A DNA stretch of 24,840 bases. Origin: Thermoflexus sp. Its GTDB lineage: Bacteria > Chloroflexota > Anaerolineae > B4-G1 > DUEL01. The notes beneath the pieces were generated by a model. The model had not been told where the DNA came from. It made no database searches and saw nothing but the letters and a program-made list of their open reading frames with translations. Position 1 is the stretch's first letter. The number at the start of each line of letters is the position of its first letter. The stretch is from positions 1 through 24,840 of the forward strand of contig JAPYWT010000001.1 in assembly GCA_028276215.1 (NCBI GenBank), written 5' to 3'. Below are positions 14,727 through 23,062 of the stretch, in pieces. The position numbers and the translations under genes were made by a program.

Positions 14727-16169
14727 CTAGCGCAAGAAAGGCGCCCGTGCTCCCTGACGTAATCCTTTCACAGGAATGATCCGGCTCTCTGTCAGGACGA
14801 CCAAGTAGGCAACCAGCGCGGGGGCCAGATAGGCAAGGGCAACAAGGCCTGTTGCCTCTCGGGCAGGCCAGAGGGCCAGCACCATCACCCCCACTGCCCC
14901 CAGGAAGGGAACCCAGAATCTCCGCCGCAGGGTAAGGGGCGGTTGTCCCAGGACGCGCTGGCTTAGCAGGGCTGATTGGACCACCTCCCGCGCCAGTACG
15001 GCTCCGGCGGCCCCAAAGGCTCCCCAACGGGGAACCAAGATAGTAGCGAGAGCAAAGGAAAGGATCAAAGACGCCGCTGTCGTGCGGGCAATTGTTCCCT
15101 GTTCTCCTCGCGCAATCAATACCTGCCAGAAATAGGCGTTCAGAAACACGGCTATGGTTCCCACGCCCAGTACTCGCAGAATGGGCGCTGCGGACAGAAA
15201 GGAAGTGCCATAGAGCAAAGCCATTAGGAAAGGGGAGAGCAGGCTCATCGTCACTCCGATTCCGATTCCGGGGACAAGCATCCATAGCAATCCCTGGTCA
15301 CGCAGGCGTGCAAATGCTGCCTCATCCCGTTGTGCCAGGGAGGAAAGACGGGGCAGAAAAGCCGCTGCCATCAGGCTGACAGACCGGGAGAGCATCACCA
15401 GGCTGACAGCAGCGTTATACAATCCCACCTCCCGCGCGGGCTGGAAGAGAGAAAGGACCAGGGTATCCACCCGCATGTTCAGGCCGACAAGGGTGAAGGT
15501 TAACCCCAGAGGGAGGGCAGCGACGACCATATCTCGCGCCAGGTGAGCTTCCCAGCCGATGGGGCGGGCCAGCCGCCCCACCCATATTCCGGCGAGAATC
15601 AACGATAGAGCCTCGGCGCTCAGCATTGCCCACAGCGCCTTCTGGACCGAGGGGGAGAGAAGCAGGGCCAACCCCACCGCGATCAGCGCCAAGCCAGTCT
15701 CCAGCCCCTGGACGGCCGCGTCCAGTTCCATCCGCTCCAGGCCGCGCAGGACCGATCTGAAGAGACCGACCAGTCCCCGGATACCTGTGATGAGGGCTGC
15801 CGGAAGCAGGAGCGCGCGGACCTCCCGCGAATACCCCATGGCTGTGCCTGCGCCGAGGATCAGCAGGACCAGAACCGGGAGCCAGAGCAGAGCGGGGATC
15901 AGAGCACTGAGAGTTACGCGCCCGGCCCAGCCAGGATTCCGGGCAACCTCCCTGGGAACGATGCTATCCAGGCCCATAAGGGCCGTGTAGGTGAATGCCA
16001 TAGCCAGGGAAAAGGCGATCGCGTAGAGGCCGTATTCGTGCGGTCCGACCACCCGGGCCAGCAACAGCCCCGTCGCTGCCGCCAGGACCTGGGCCACCAG
16101 GTTTCCCACCAGGAGCCAGAGCATGTTGCGCAACAACCCTTGCTGGCCCACAACTGGCGCACTCTCCAC
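14727..16169 (-). CDS. wzx: Wzx-type polysaccharide/oligosaccharide flippase (PST/MOP family, 480 aa)
   Basis: RNMLWLL...LARVVGPHEYGLY, GLD..VPREVA, RVDTLVLS....EVGLYNAA, FLPRLS and LYG..F..AAPILRVL patterns over about 12-14 TM segments. GTG start at 16169. Confidence 0.9.
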   Translation of the reverse strand: MESAPVVGQQGLLRNMLWLLVGNLVAQVLAAATGLLLARVVGPHEYGLYAIAFSLAMAFTYTALMGLDSIVPREVARNPGWAGRVTLSALIPALLWLPVLVLLILGAGTAMGYSREVRALLLPAALITGIRGLVGLFRSVLRGLERMELDAAVQGLETGLALIAVGLALLLSPSVQKALWAMLSAEALSLILAGIWVGRLARPIGWEAHLARDMVVAALPLGLTFTLVGLNMRVDTLVLSLFQPAREVGLYNAAVSLVMLSRSVSLMAAAFLPRLSSLAQRDEAAFARLRDQGLLWMLVPGIGIGVTMSLLSPFLMALLYGTSFLSAAPILRVLGVGTIAVFLNAYFWQVLIARGEQGTIARTTAASLILSFALATILVPRWGAFGAAGAVLAREVVQSALLSQRVLGQPPLTLRRRFWVPFLGAVGVMVLALWPAREATGLVALAYLAPALVAYLVVLTESRIIPVKGLRQGARAPFLR

Positions 16170-16170
16170 C

Positions 16171-17388
16171 TCACCACCTCCACCGTCGCCCGGGGAGCAG
16201 GGACTCCAGCAGTCCCCATACGTTCGCGGCCCAGCCAGCAACCATATAGGGAAGGAACAGACCGTACTGCCACCAGTGGGAAAGACGGGCCGCGCCCTGG
16301 GCCCAGGCTGCCCCGGTGAAACGAGCCTGACTGAAGACCAGGTGGGCCAGCGAGGCCAGCCAGAGGGCCCAGAGAAGACGGCTCCCCAGACCGCCCACCA
16401 GCGGGATTGCCAGCATACCCAACGAGGTCAGCGCAGCCCAGAGGTGCCCGCCGACTTCTCGCCAGCGCTGGTGCCGAAAGCCATAGAGAAAGCGGTTGCG
16501 GAACCACCGGGAACGCTGGCGCAGGTATTCTCCCAACGTGGTGCAGTACGCCGTCCGCACGCGGCTTTCCGGGATGAAGTGGATCCGGTATCCGGCATCC
16601 CGCAACTGCCGGGAGAGCGCGTAGTCGGTGCCGATGGGGGCCGGCACGGACACCCCTCCTACCCTCTCCAGCACATCCCGCCGGACCACCGCGTTGACGC
16701 CGTCCAGCGTATCCACGTACACCGGCGCAACGGCCTGCATCCAGAGGTGGTGGGACCACTGGAACGCGACCAGAGGGTGGGATTTCTGCCTGTCCAGAGG
16801 CTGGCGGGTTCCCGTTGTCGCCACCTCTTCCCCCTCCAGGATGGGCCGGAGCGTCTGCTCAAAAGTCTCATCGTCCAGCACACAGTCGGCATCGGTCAGG
16901 AAGATGACGGAGCCGGTAGCATGCTCCAGACATCGCTGGAGCGCGCGCTGTTTCCCTTCGCCGGACCGCTGTTCCAAGATGACCGCGCCGGGGGGCGCAA
17001 AGCACCGGGCCAGTTCCAGCGTCTCGTCTGTGCCCCCCGCGCAGATAACCAGTTCCAGGTCCGGGTAGCGCAGGTTGCCGATCGCCGTCAGGCAATCCCC
17101 GATGTACTCCGCTTCGTCCCAGGCCGGGAGCAGGATGCTTACCCGGGGCAGGTTCCCCTTCGTGAATGAGGGAGACTGATCTCCCTGATGACTACACGAA
17201 ACAACCTGGGGTGAGAAGACATCCGCAACGTGCCAGGCCCTTTGAGAGGTGCCTGACACGTTGCCTCGCCACCGTCGCCACAGATAGAGGTTCAGCAGCG
17301 CGGCCAGGCAGACCCCGCCCGCCAGAACCCACCCAGCGTGGGCCTCCCCCCAGAGCCACAGGACGCGCAGTACGGCGATCACAGGCAT
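16171..17388 (-). CDS. Membrane-embedded GT2 glycosyltransferase with QxxRW motif (405 aa)
   Basis: N-terminal TM, VSILLPAWDE, FLTDAD (DxD), GTDY, QRSRW and C-terminal TMs. ATG 17388 with a GAGG SD. Confidence 0.88.
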   Translation of the reverse strand: MPVIAVLRVLWLWGEAHAGWVLAGGVCLAALLNLYLWRRWRGNVSGTSQRAWHVADVFSPQVVSCSHQGDQSPSFTKGNLPRVSILLPAWDEAEYIGDCLTAIGNLRYPDLELVICAGGTDETLELARCFAPPGAVILEQRSGEGKQRALQRCLEHATGSVIFLTDADCVLDDETFEQTLRPILEGEEVATTGTRQPLDRQKSHPLVAFQWSHHLWMQAVAPVYVDTLDGVNAVVRRDVLERVGGVSVPAPIGTDYALSRQLRDAGYRIHFIPESRVRTAYCTTLGEYLRQRSRWFRNRFLYGFRHQRWREVGGHLWAALTSLGMLAIPLVGGLGSRLLWALWLASLAHLVFSQARFTGAAWAQGAARLSHWWQYGLFLPYMVAGWAANVWGLLESLLPGRRWRW

Positions 17389-18731
17389 GAAACACCTCTC
17401 TGTTGCCCACTGCTGGGAATAAGTCTCGCCCAGGGAGCTCCCTTTTCCCACCAGTAGCGCCACCCACTTTCCCAGCGAATCTCCAGCGCCGTCGCCGTCT
17501 CCCGGTAGAGGCACCGCTCACCCCGAAAGAGGCAGTCCATCTCCAACTCCGGCGGCATCTGGGCGATGGGGAGATGGTCGCCAGCCTGAACCGCTCCAGC
17601 AAGGTAGCGGAACGCTTTGTCGGCCCAACCGCAGACCGGCAGCAGGTCCCGCAAATCCGGGCCGCACGTGGGGCGCCAGGTCTCCATCGCTCCGAATCCA
17701 TGAGCCGTCGCGATCCCCCCGTGGAGTTGCCGCCCCCTTAATAGCCACGACTGAGTGGGCTCCAAATTCACGTCCATCCCGCACCTGCGGACCTCTTCCA
17801 TCGCCCGCAGAATGTCCCCCACGCCAGCAATCCACCGGGGATAACCGCTCACCCGCCCGTTTCGGTAGACGACCTGCGGGAAGGAACCATCAGGAAGGCG
17901 AAAACGCAGGATGAAAGCCACGGCCCGGAACGCCGCATCCCGGTATGTCTTCTGCCCGGTCTGCTCGCATCCCCGGAGAAGGGCCGGAACGCAGCGGGCG
18001 ATGTAAAAGGGGAAATACCGGCCCGATGCCTTCTGACCCAGCACGCCCTGCTCAATCGCCCCATCCAGCGGAGAGCCAGAAGCCTGGACCTGAGCCTCCA
18101 GAATGGCGTCCAGAGACGGGAGAACGTACCGGTCCACCACGTCCCTCTCCCCGGTCAGGTCAGCCCAGGCCAGCAGCGCCTCGGCAATCGTCGCCGCTTT
18201 GTTGGGGACGAAGGTCGGGTCCGCCGGAAGGTTGCGGAACCGCCGGGCGCTCTCATCCCAGAGGACGGAGAGGATGTAGCCCCAGAGGTTGCGCCGGGCC
18301 GCCTCCGCCATCGTTTCCCAGATCGGGTCTCCCCGCTCCCGCAGGATCTGCGCCAGACGCAGCAGTGCCAGATCGCAGGCTGCCTCGTGGGGGGTGCCGC
18401 CGGTTCCCGGATTGGCCTCAAAACAGGAATGGCGGAAATTCCCGGAAGGGAGTTGCCCCTGGAGCAGGTCTATGCCGGCCCGACGGGCCCGGTCCAGCCA
18501 GCGCTCGTCGCCAGTGTTCCGGTACAGTTTCAGGTACCCCAGGATAATCCCCTCGTAGCGCCAGTCCAGACCGGGGCCAGTGTAGAGGAGATTGTCCTGC
18601 CACCAGTGGACCACTGGTCCTCCGTAGCCGCCGGGGCCGCGCATAGTTTCCAGCCAGGCCTCCAGCCGGAGCGCCGCAAAGGCCAGGACCTGCCGGGAAA
18701 CACCCCCGTCTTCGGGATAGCCCCCCTTCAT
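17379..18731 (-). CDS. Cytoplasmic (alpha/alpha)6-barrel-like protein (six-hairpin glycosidase / prenyltransferase-repeat-like, 450 aa)
   Basis: Repeated helix + QxxxG motifs (DERWLDRARRAG..LLQGQLPSGNF; YRDAAFRAVAFILRFRLPDGSF). No signal peptide. ATG 18731 overlaps the upstream stop and has GGAGG. Confidence 0.6.
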   Translation of the reverse strand: MKGGYPEDGGVSRQVLAFAALRLEAWLETMRGPGGYGGPVVHWWQDNLLYTGPGLDWRYEGIILGYLKLYRNTGDERWLDRARRAGIDLLQGQLPSGNFRHSCFEANPGTGGTPHEAACDLALLRLAQILRERGDPIWETMAEAARRNLWGYILSVLWDESARRFRNLPADPTFVPNKAATIAEALLAWADLTGERDVVDRYVLPSLDAILEAQVQASGSPLDGAIEQGVLGQKASGRYFPFYIARCVPALLRGCEQTGQKTYRDAAFRAVAFILRFRLPDGSFPQVVYRNGRVSGYPRWIAGVGDILRAMEEVRRCGMDVNLEPTQSWLLRGRQLHGGIATAHGFGAMETWRPTCGPDLRDLLPVCGWADKAFRYLAGAVQAGDHLPIAQMPPELEMDCLFRGERCLYRETATALEIRWESGWRYWWEKGAPWARLIPSSGQQRGVSCL

Positions 18732-19390
18732 CCGTTCCTCCGGACGGTCAGGAGCAGGGCCAGGATGGCCGAAGCGGCCCCATCGCCTTTCACCAGAAGC
18801 GCCGCGCGGGCTCGCGCGCGGAACCGGTCGGCCCAGTCCGCCCACCCCAGCCGCTCCACTAAATACGCCAGGCGGCTCCAGAAACGGTACTCCGGTCCAC
18901 CGATGCCATAGCAGGCCTCTTCATAGAATCCCCGCGCGGCCAGCCAGTCCAGGATTGCCTCCTGCCCAGCAGTTCGCCAGTAGATTTCAGCCTGGACTGC
19001 ACCATCCATAGCGCAAGATAAATCTTGGGGAATGTGTCGGGCACTTCTGAAAATGCCCGGCCTGTCAGGGACAAAGGCTCTCGTTCGTTGCCGGGCGAAA
19101 AGGAGCAGGACGGCGCTTTCCGGCGGGAACGCGTCCAGAAGGCCCGCGACCTCCGGCAGGTCTGCCAGGGAGGGGCCCGCCCAGAGCAGCAGCGGGCGAT
19201 GCCTGTGCTTTCCGGCCTGGGGGAGGGTTTCCAGCCGCAGGGTCAGTTCGGCAGCATAGAATGAGTTCTCCGAGCGGAGAGCAACCGGACCGCCCCACGA
19301 GCACGCCAACGTCGCGCAGAGGTTGAAGGCCGTCTGGTGGAGCAGGTCAGGCATGGTGCCCGGCGGAGGGAAAGCCGAAGCAGAATTCAC
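18728..19390 (-). CDS. Hypothetical protein (220 aa), possibly a degenerate methyltransferase-like fold
   Basis: Fills the gap exactly, with GTGA and ATGA overlaps at its two ends. The C-terminal half (LDWLAARGF..EACYG) loosely resembles class I MTase C-termini; no GxGxG motif is visible. Confidence 0.6.
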   Translation of the reverse strand: MNSASAFPPPGTMPDLLHQTAFNLCATLACSWGGPVALRSENSFYAAELTLRLETLPQAGKHRHRPLLLWAGPSLADLPEVAGLLDAFPPESAVLLLFARQRTRAFVPDRPGIFRSARHIPQDLSCAMDGAVQAEIYWRTAGQEAILDWLAARGFYEEACYGIGGPEYRFWSRLAYLVERLGWADWADRFRARARAALLVKGDGAASAILALLLTVRRNG

Positions 19391-20523
19391 CGCACGACCT
19401 CCTCGTAAACTTTCAGCAAGCGGGGGACAATCCGGGACCAGGCATACCGCTCTTCCACTTTCGCTCGCCCCCGCTGCCCCATCTCGCGCCGCCGCTGGGG
19501 GGCGTCCAGCAGCGCCCGCATCTTCTCCACCAGGTCGTCCATATCCCCCGGTCGGACCAGAAGCCCGTCCTCTCCATTGCAGACAACGGTCCGGACTCCA
19601 GGGATGTCGTGGGCCAGGACCGGGCGCCCGCAGGCCATCGCCTCTATAAGAACCACCCCGAAGGATTCCGGTGGGAAGGACGGCAGCACTACCAGGTCAG
19701 ATGCGGCGTAGAAGGGCGGCAAATCCCAATGGGGAACCGTGCCCACGAACCGAACCCGGTGCCCGACGCCCAGTTCCGCAGCCAGAGCCACCAGCGAGAG
19801 CCTCATGTCCCCGTCCCCAACCAGCAACAGCCAGGTCTCCCCATCCCCCATCCGGGCAAAGGCCCGCAGCAGGTATCCGGCCCCCTTGAAATGATGAGCC
19901 CGGTCCAGAGAGCCAACGAACAGTAGAACGCGAGCCGAGTCCGGTATACCATACCGATGCCGCACTGACGTCCCATCCAAATCCGGACAGAAGCAGTCTA
20001 CATCCACTCCGTTAGGGATTTCTATCACATCGGCCCAACGGCGGCGGAAAAGCGGCGTCAGGCGACACGAGGCAGCATAGTCCAGTGAAACCACCAGCCA
20101 TTTGCGTGCTCTCTCAAAGACAAACGGGGCAACAACAGCGGTGTACGCATCAAACAGATATCGCCGTCCCCCATCACCGATCAGGTCATTGTGATGAGTC
20201 AGCACATACGGGATGTCACGGACAGCAGAAACCATCCGGACCATCTCCGCCCCAAAGATGAACGGATAATGAAGATGAACGACATCAAAATCTCGCAACC
20301 CCAACAGCCCCGGCAGGAACGGGGCATTTCCGATGCGAAAGAGGGCCGGCAGACGGTACACCGCAATCCCTTCCGGAGAGGGGCCGTCGCCGAAAGAGCA
20401 GGCGGCGGTGAACACGGCAACCGAATGGCCCAGTCGGGCCAGTCCTTCTGCCTGATGATAACAGACCAGCCCGGTACCGGCGTAGTAGGGCGGAAATGTA
20501 GCGGTCACATGGGCAATTCGCAT
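19387..20523 (-). CDS. GT4 family glycosyltransferase
   Basis: MRIAHVT..FPP..AG, IPNGVD, LLFVGSL, and PSFPPESFGVVLIEAMACGRPV (EX7E). Confidence 0.93.
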   Translation of the reverse strand: MRIAHVTATFPPYYAGTGLVCYHQAEGLARLGHSVAVFTAACSFGDGPSPEGIAVYRLPALFRIGNAPFLPGLLGLRDFDVVHLHYPFIFGAEMVRMVSAVRDIPYVLTHHNDLIGDGGRRYLFDAYTAVVAPFVFERARKWLVVSLDYAASCRLTPLFRRRWADVIEIPNGVDVDCFCPDLDGTSVRHRYGIPDSARVLLFVGSLDRAHHFKGAGYLLRAFARMGDGETWLLLVGDGDMRLSLVALAAELGVGHRVRFVGTVPHWDLPPFYAASDLVVLPSFPPESFGVVLIEAMACGRPVLAHDIPGVRTVVCNGEDGLLVRPGDMDDLVEKMRALLDAPQRRREMGQRGRAKVEERYAWSRIVPRLLKVYEEVVR

Positions 20524-20527
20524 CCTC

Positions 20528-21565
20528 TCACCACCGGATCAGGTACATGGTTATCCGGTACAGCAGCCGGAAGAGCGGGTCCAGCAACCGATGGGCCCAT
20601 CGGGCCGCAGTGACATGCCCGGTCTGTTCGTAGGCCAGGTGAGGCGTACAGCAGGCCAACAAGTCCCGGTCGCGAGCACGGCGGACAGCCTGAACGGCCC
20701 GTCTATGCGCCCGAACTTCTCGCCAATTCCGGGCTACCCAGAGATATGCCTGTACTTTCTCCCTCCACCGGCGCGGATGGTACATCATCAAGAATCCCCA
20801 GGTGATCATTTCCGCCAGCAGAAGGAACGGGAACAGGAGCAACAGCGTTCGCCAACGCAAGTTCTTCAGGAGTAGAAGATACCGGTTGCGCTCCTGGAAG
20901 AAAAATTTCCTTTCCCCAAAGCGAAGGGCATAATCGTGATATACCACCGAGTTCGGCACATAGAGACAACGGTATCCGACCAGCCGCGCCCGCCAGGAAA
21001 GGTCAGTGTCCTCCACATAGAGGAAAAAGGACCCGTCCATTCCACCCAGGACATCCCATACATCCCGCCGGATGCTGAAGGCAGCCCCGGAGATCGCTGC
21101 CACCTCCGAAGGTTCCATACACGCTGTCACAGGCATCCCACCCCCCCGACAGAAAGCCAGTCCGCTCGGATGGACCTCGTTCCCGGCGGCATTGATCCGC
21201 GTTGGCTCATTCATTTGCAGGATACAAGGAGTGGTCAGGGCAATCTGCGGATTGGCCAGAGGAGCCAGAAGTTCGTCCAGCCAGCCCGGACACACTGTGG
21301 TATCCGGGTTCAGGAAAACCAGATAAGTCCCCCGCGCATGATTTGCGCCCAGATTGCACCCGTATCCGAACCCCCCGTTCACCCGCGATTGGACCAGACG
21401 GATGGCAGGGAATTCCTCTGCTACCCAGTCGGCGCTGCCGTCGGTGGAACCGTTATCCACGATGATCACCTCATCCTCCGGGGTCACCGTGGAGAGCACC
21501 GAAGGAAGACAGCGCTCCAGATGTGCCCGTCCATTGCAATTCACAAGGATTACGCTGGCTCGCAT
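20528..21565 (-). CDS. GT2 family glycosyltransferase (WbbL/RfbF-like), paralog of 9508-10575
   Basis: SVILVNCN, IVDNGSTDGS, NGGFGYGCN, VFLNPD, ISGAAFSIR and YVEDTDLSWR motifs. GGAGG SD. Confidence 0.92.
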   Translation of the reverse strand: MRASVILVNCNGRAHLERCLPSVLSTVTPEDEVIIVDNGSTDGSADWVAEEFPAIRLVQSRVNGGFGYGCNLGANHARGTYLVFLNPDTTVCPGWLDELLAPLANPQIALTTPCILQMNEPTRINAAGNEVHPSGLAFCRGGGMPVTACMEPSEVAAISGAAFSIRRDVWDVLGGMDGSFFLYVEDTDLSWRARLVGYRCLYVPNSVVYHDYALRFGERKFFFQERNRYLLLLKNLRWRTLLLLFPFLLLAEMITWGFLMMYHPRRWREKVQAYLWVARNWREVRAHRRAVQAVRRARDRDLLACCTPHLAYEQTGHVTAARWAHRLLDPLFRLLYRITMYLIRW

Positions 21566-21586
21566 ATCCCTCCCAGGGAAGGATTC

Positions 21587-21611
21587 GGGCGGGCAGCAAA
21601 GCCGCCCGCCC
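21587..21611. repeat. Intergenic GC-rich hairpin sharing its core with the 22844-22876 hairpin
   Basis: GGGCGGGCAGC-AAA-GCCGCCCGCCC. The single A.C mismatch becomes a G.U pair in the minus-strand transcript. Confidence 0.6.
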
Positions 21612-21649
21612 TTACATGTTCAACCTCCCCTGCGTCGTTAAAGTATCCA

Positions 21650-22555
21650 TCAGCGTGTATTGTGGGTCAGGCTCAAGATCAACCCACGCAGCGAGTGGAT
21701 AATGAAACCTGTAGAGATGCAGATGGAACCCAGAATGGTCAACATAACACAGAGCAAGGCGTAGCCGATAGCCAGCAATTGGGTTCGGCGATAGATTTCC
21801 ACCACACAAAACCCCCAGCCCATCCCCGTCAAAAGTAGGATAGAACCCATCAGGGTGAACGTCAGCAGGGGGCGATGCTGACCGATAAACCGCAGAATAC
21901 CGTCCAGGACCATCAGACCCTGGAGGAGAGCGGACCGTTTCGGTTTCTCAGCATAGAGGACAGTCACTGGAACCTCTTTCACCCGCCAGCCATATTGTTG
22001 GGCCAACAATTGCATTTCCGATTCCACGGAAAAGCCGTTTGAGTGGAAGTTAAGGGTGTCCAAGACACGGGCCGAGAAAGCGCGAAACCCGTTCTGAGAA
22101 TCGGTCAAGTAGACGCCGGAGGTGCGGTGAGTCAGGAAATTAAACACTCTATGGCCCCAGACGCGCGAGCGCGGTACCTGCGAGTGGCCATTCAGATACC
22201 GTGAACCCACCACCATATCCGCTTCGCCCGCCAAGACAGGGGCCAGAACGGCGGGGATTTCCGACGGCAAGTGCTGACCATCGCCATCCAAGAGGACAAC
22301 CGCCTCGGGGTAGAGTTGACGCGCTGCCCACAAGCCAGTGTGCAGAGCCTTCCCCTTGCCCTGGTTTTGCTCATGACGGAGAACCATTGCGCCAGCAGCG
22401 CGGGCAATCTCTGCGGTGTTATCAGTAGAACCGTCATCCACCACAATCACCATATCCACCAGCGATCGGGTCTGGAGAACTACACTGCCGATGAACCGCT
22501 CCTCGTTGTACGCTGGTATAATGGCGACGGTCCTTACCCCGTTACTGACTCTCAT
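21650..22555 (-). CDS. DPM1/GtrB-like GT2 (polyprenol-phosphate glycosyltransferase) with two C-terminal TMs (301 aa)
   Basis: AIIPAYNEE, VVDDGSTD, NQGKG, LLDGDGQH, VGSR, TDSQNGFRA and FSVESEM motifs. ATG 22555 follows GGAGGAGG. Confidence 0.9.
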   Translation of the reverse strand: MRVSNGVRTVAIIPAYNEERFIGSVVLQTRSLVDMVIVVDDGSTDNTAEIARAAGAMVLRHEQNQGKGKALHTGLWAARQLYPEAVVLLDGDGQHLPSEIPAVLAPVLAGEADMVVGSRYLNGHSQVPRSRVWGHRVFNFLTHRTSGVYLTDSQNGFRAFSARVLDTLNFHSNGFSVESEMQLLAQQYGWRVKEVPVTVLYAEKPKRSALLQGLMVLDGILRFIGQHRPLLTFTLMGSILLLTGMGWGFCVVEIYRRTQLLAIGYALLCVMLTILGSICISTGFIIHSLRGLILSLTHNTR

Positions 22556-22779
22556 CGTCAAACCTCCTCCCCGCCCATCTCTCAACATTTTATGGATCTC
22601 TGGAAATTCCTGTGGTGGTGGAGCAAATACCTCATATCTCAACTGGCGCAGGGTGACAAGCCCGGCACTTCCAGAAATATCCCGCACGTTTCCGCTGTTT
22701 CGGGGAACGGCGGGTTAGACGACCACGCAAATTCCCAAAGAGCCAATTTTATTTTCAACGTCTATGCAGCTTTAACTAC

Positions 22780-22797
22780 AGGGTTGCATTCAACCCT
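22780..22797. other. Perfect short inverted repeat in the operon leader
   Basis: AGGGTTG-CATT-CAACCCT. Confidence 0.5.
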
Positions 22798-22829
22798 CCT
22801 GTCCAAAACACCAAAGTTCAGAGAAGCGG

Positions 22830-23056
22830 AGAAAAAGTGGGGGTTTGCGGCGGGCGGCTTTGCCGCCCGCCGCAAATCCCCAACTCCTTCCCATCATCCC
22901 CGCCCTGCGAAATGGCAAAAGCCCGCCCGGAATGAGACAAGGAGAGGAGGGGAGGATGGCAGGAGGGGGAGAGGGAATCTGATAGCAACTGACGAACAAA
23001 ATGGTGACAACGCCTCCAGAAAATCAAGCAACTTATGACATTTTAAGAATTTTTCA
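22830..23056 (-). ncRNA. Candidate ~225-nt leader RNA / sRNA
   Basis: Bounded by a near-consensus promoter and an intrinsic terminator, with no convincing ORF inside. Existence is inferred only. Confidence 0.3.
22832..22882 (-). terminator. Intrinsic (Rho-independent) terminator inside the glycan-operon leader
   Basis: Perfect 15-bp stem (22844-22858 / 22862-22876) with a 3-nt loop, extendable by further pairs. On the minus strand it is followed by a TTTTT tract (22836-22832). Confidence 0.75.
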
Positions 23057-23062
23057 ACCCAG

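Noticed and set aside
14716-15285. N-terminal extension making the anchored protein 1044 aa
   Set aside because: It overlaps wzx in another frame. The signal peptide and SD point to a start at or after 14715.
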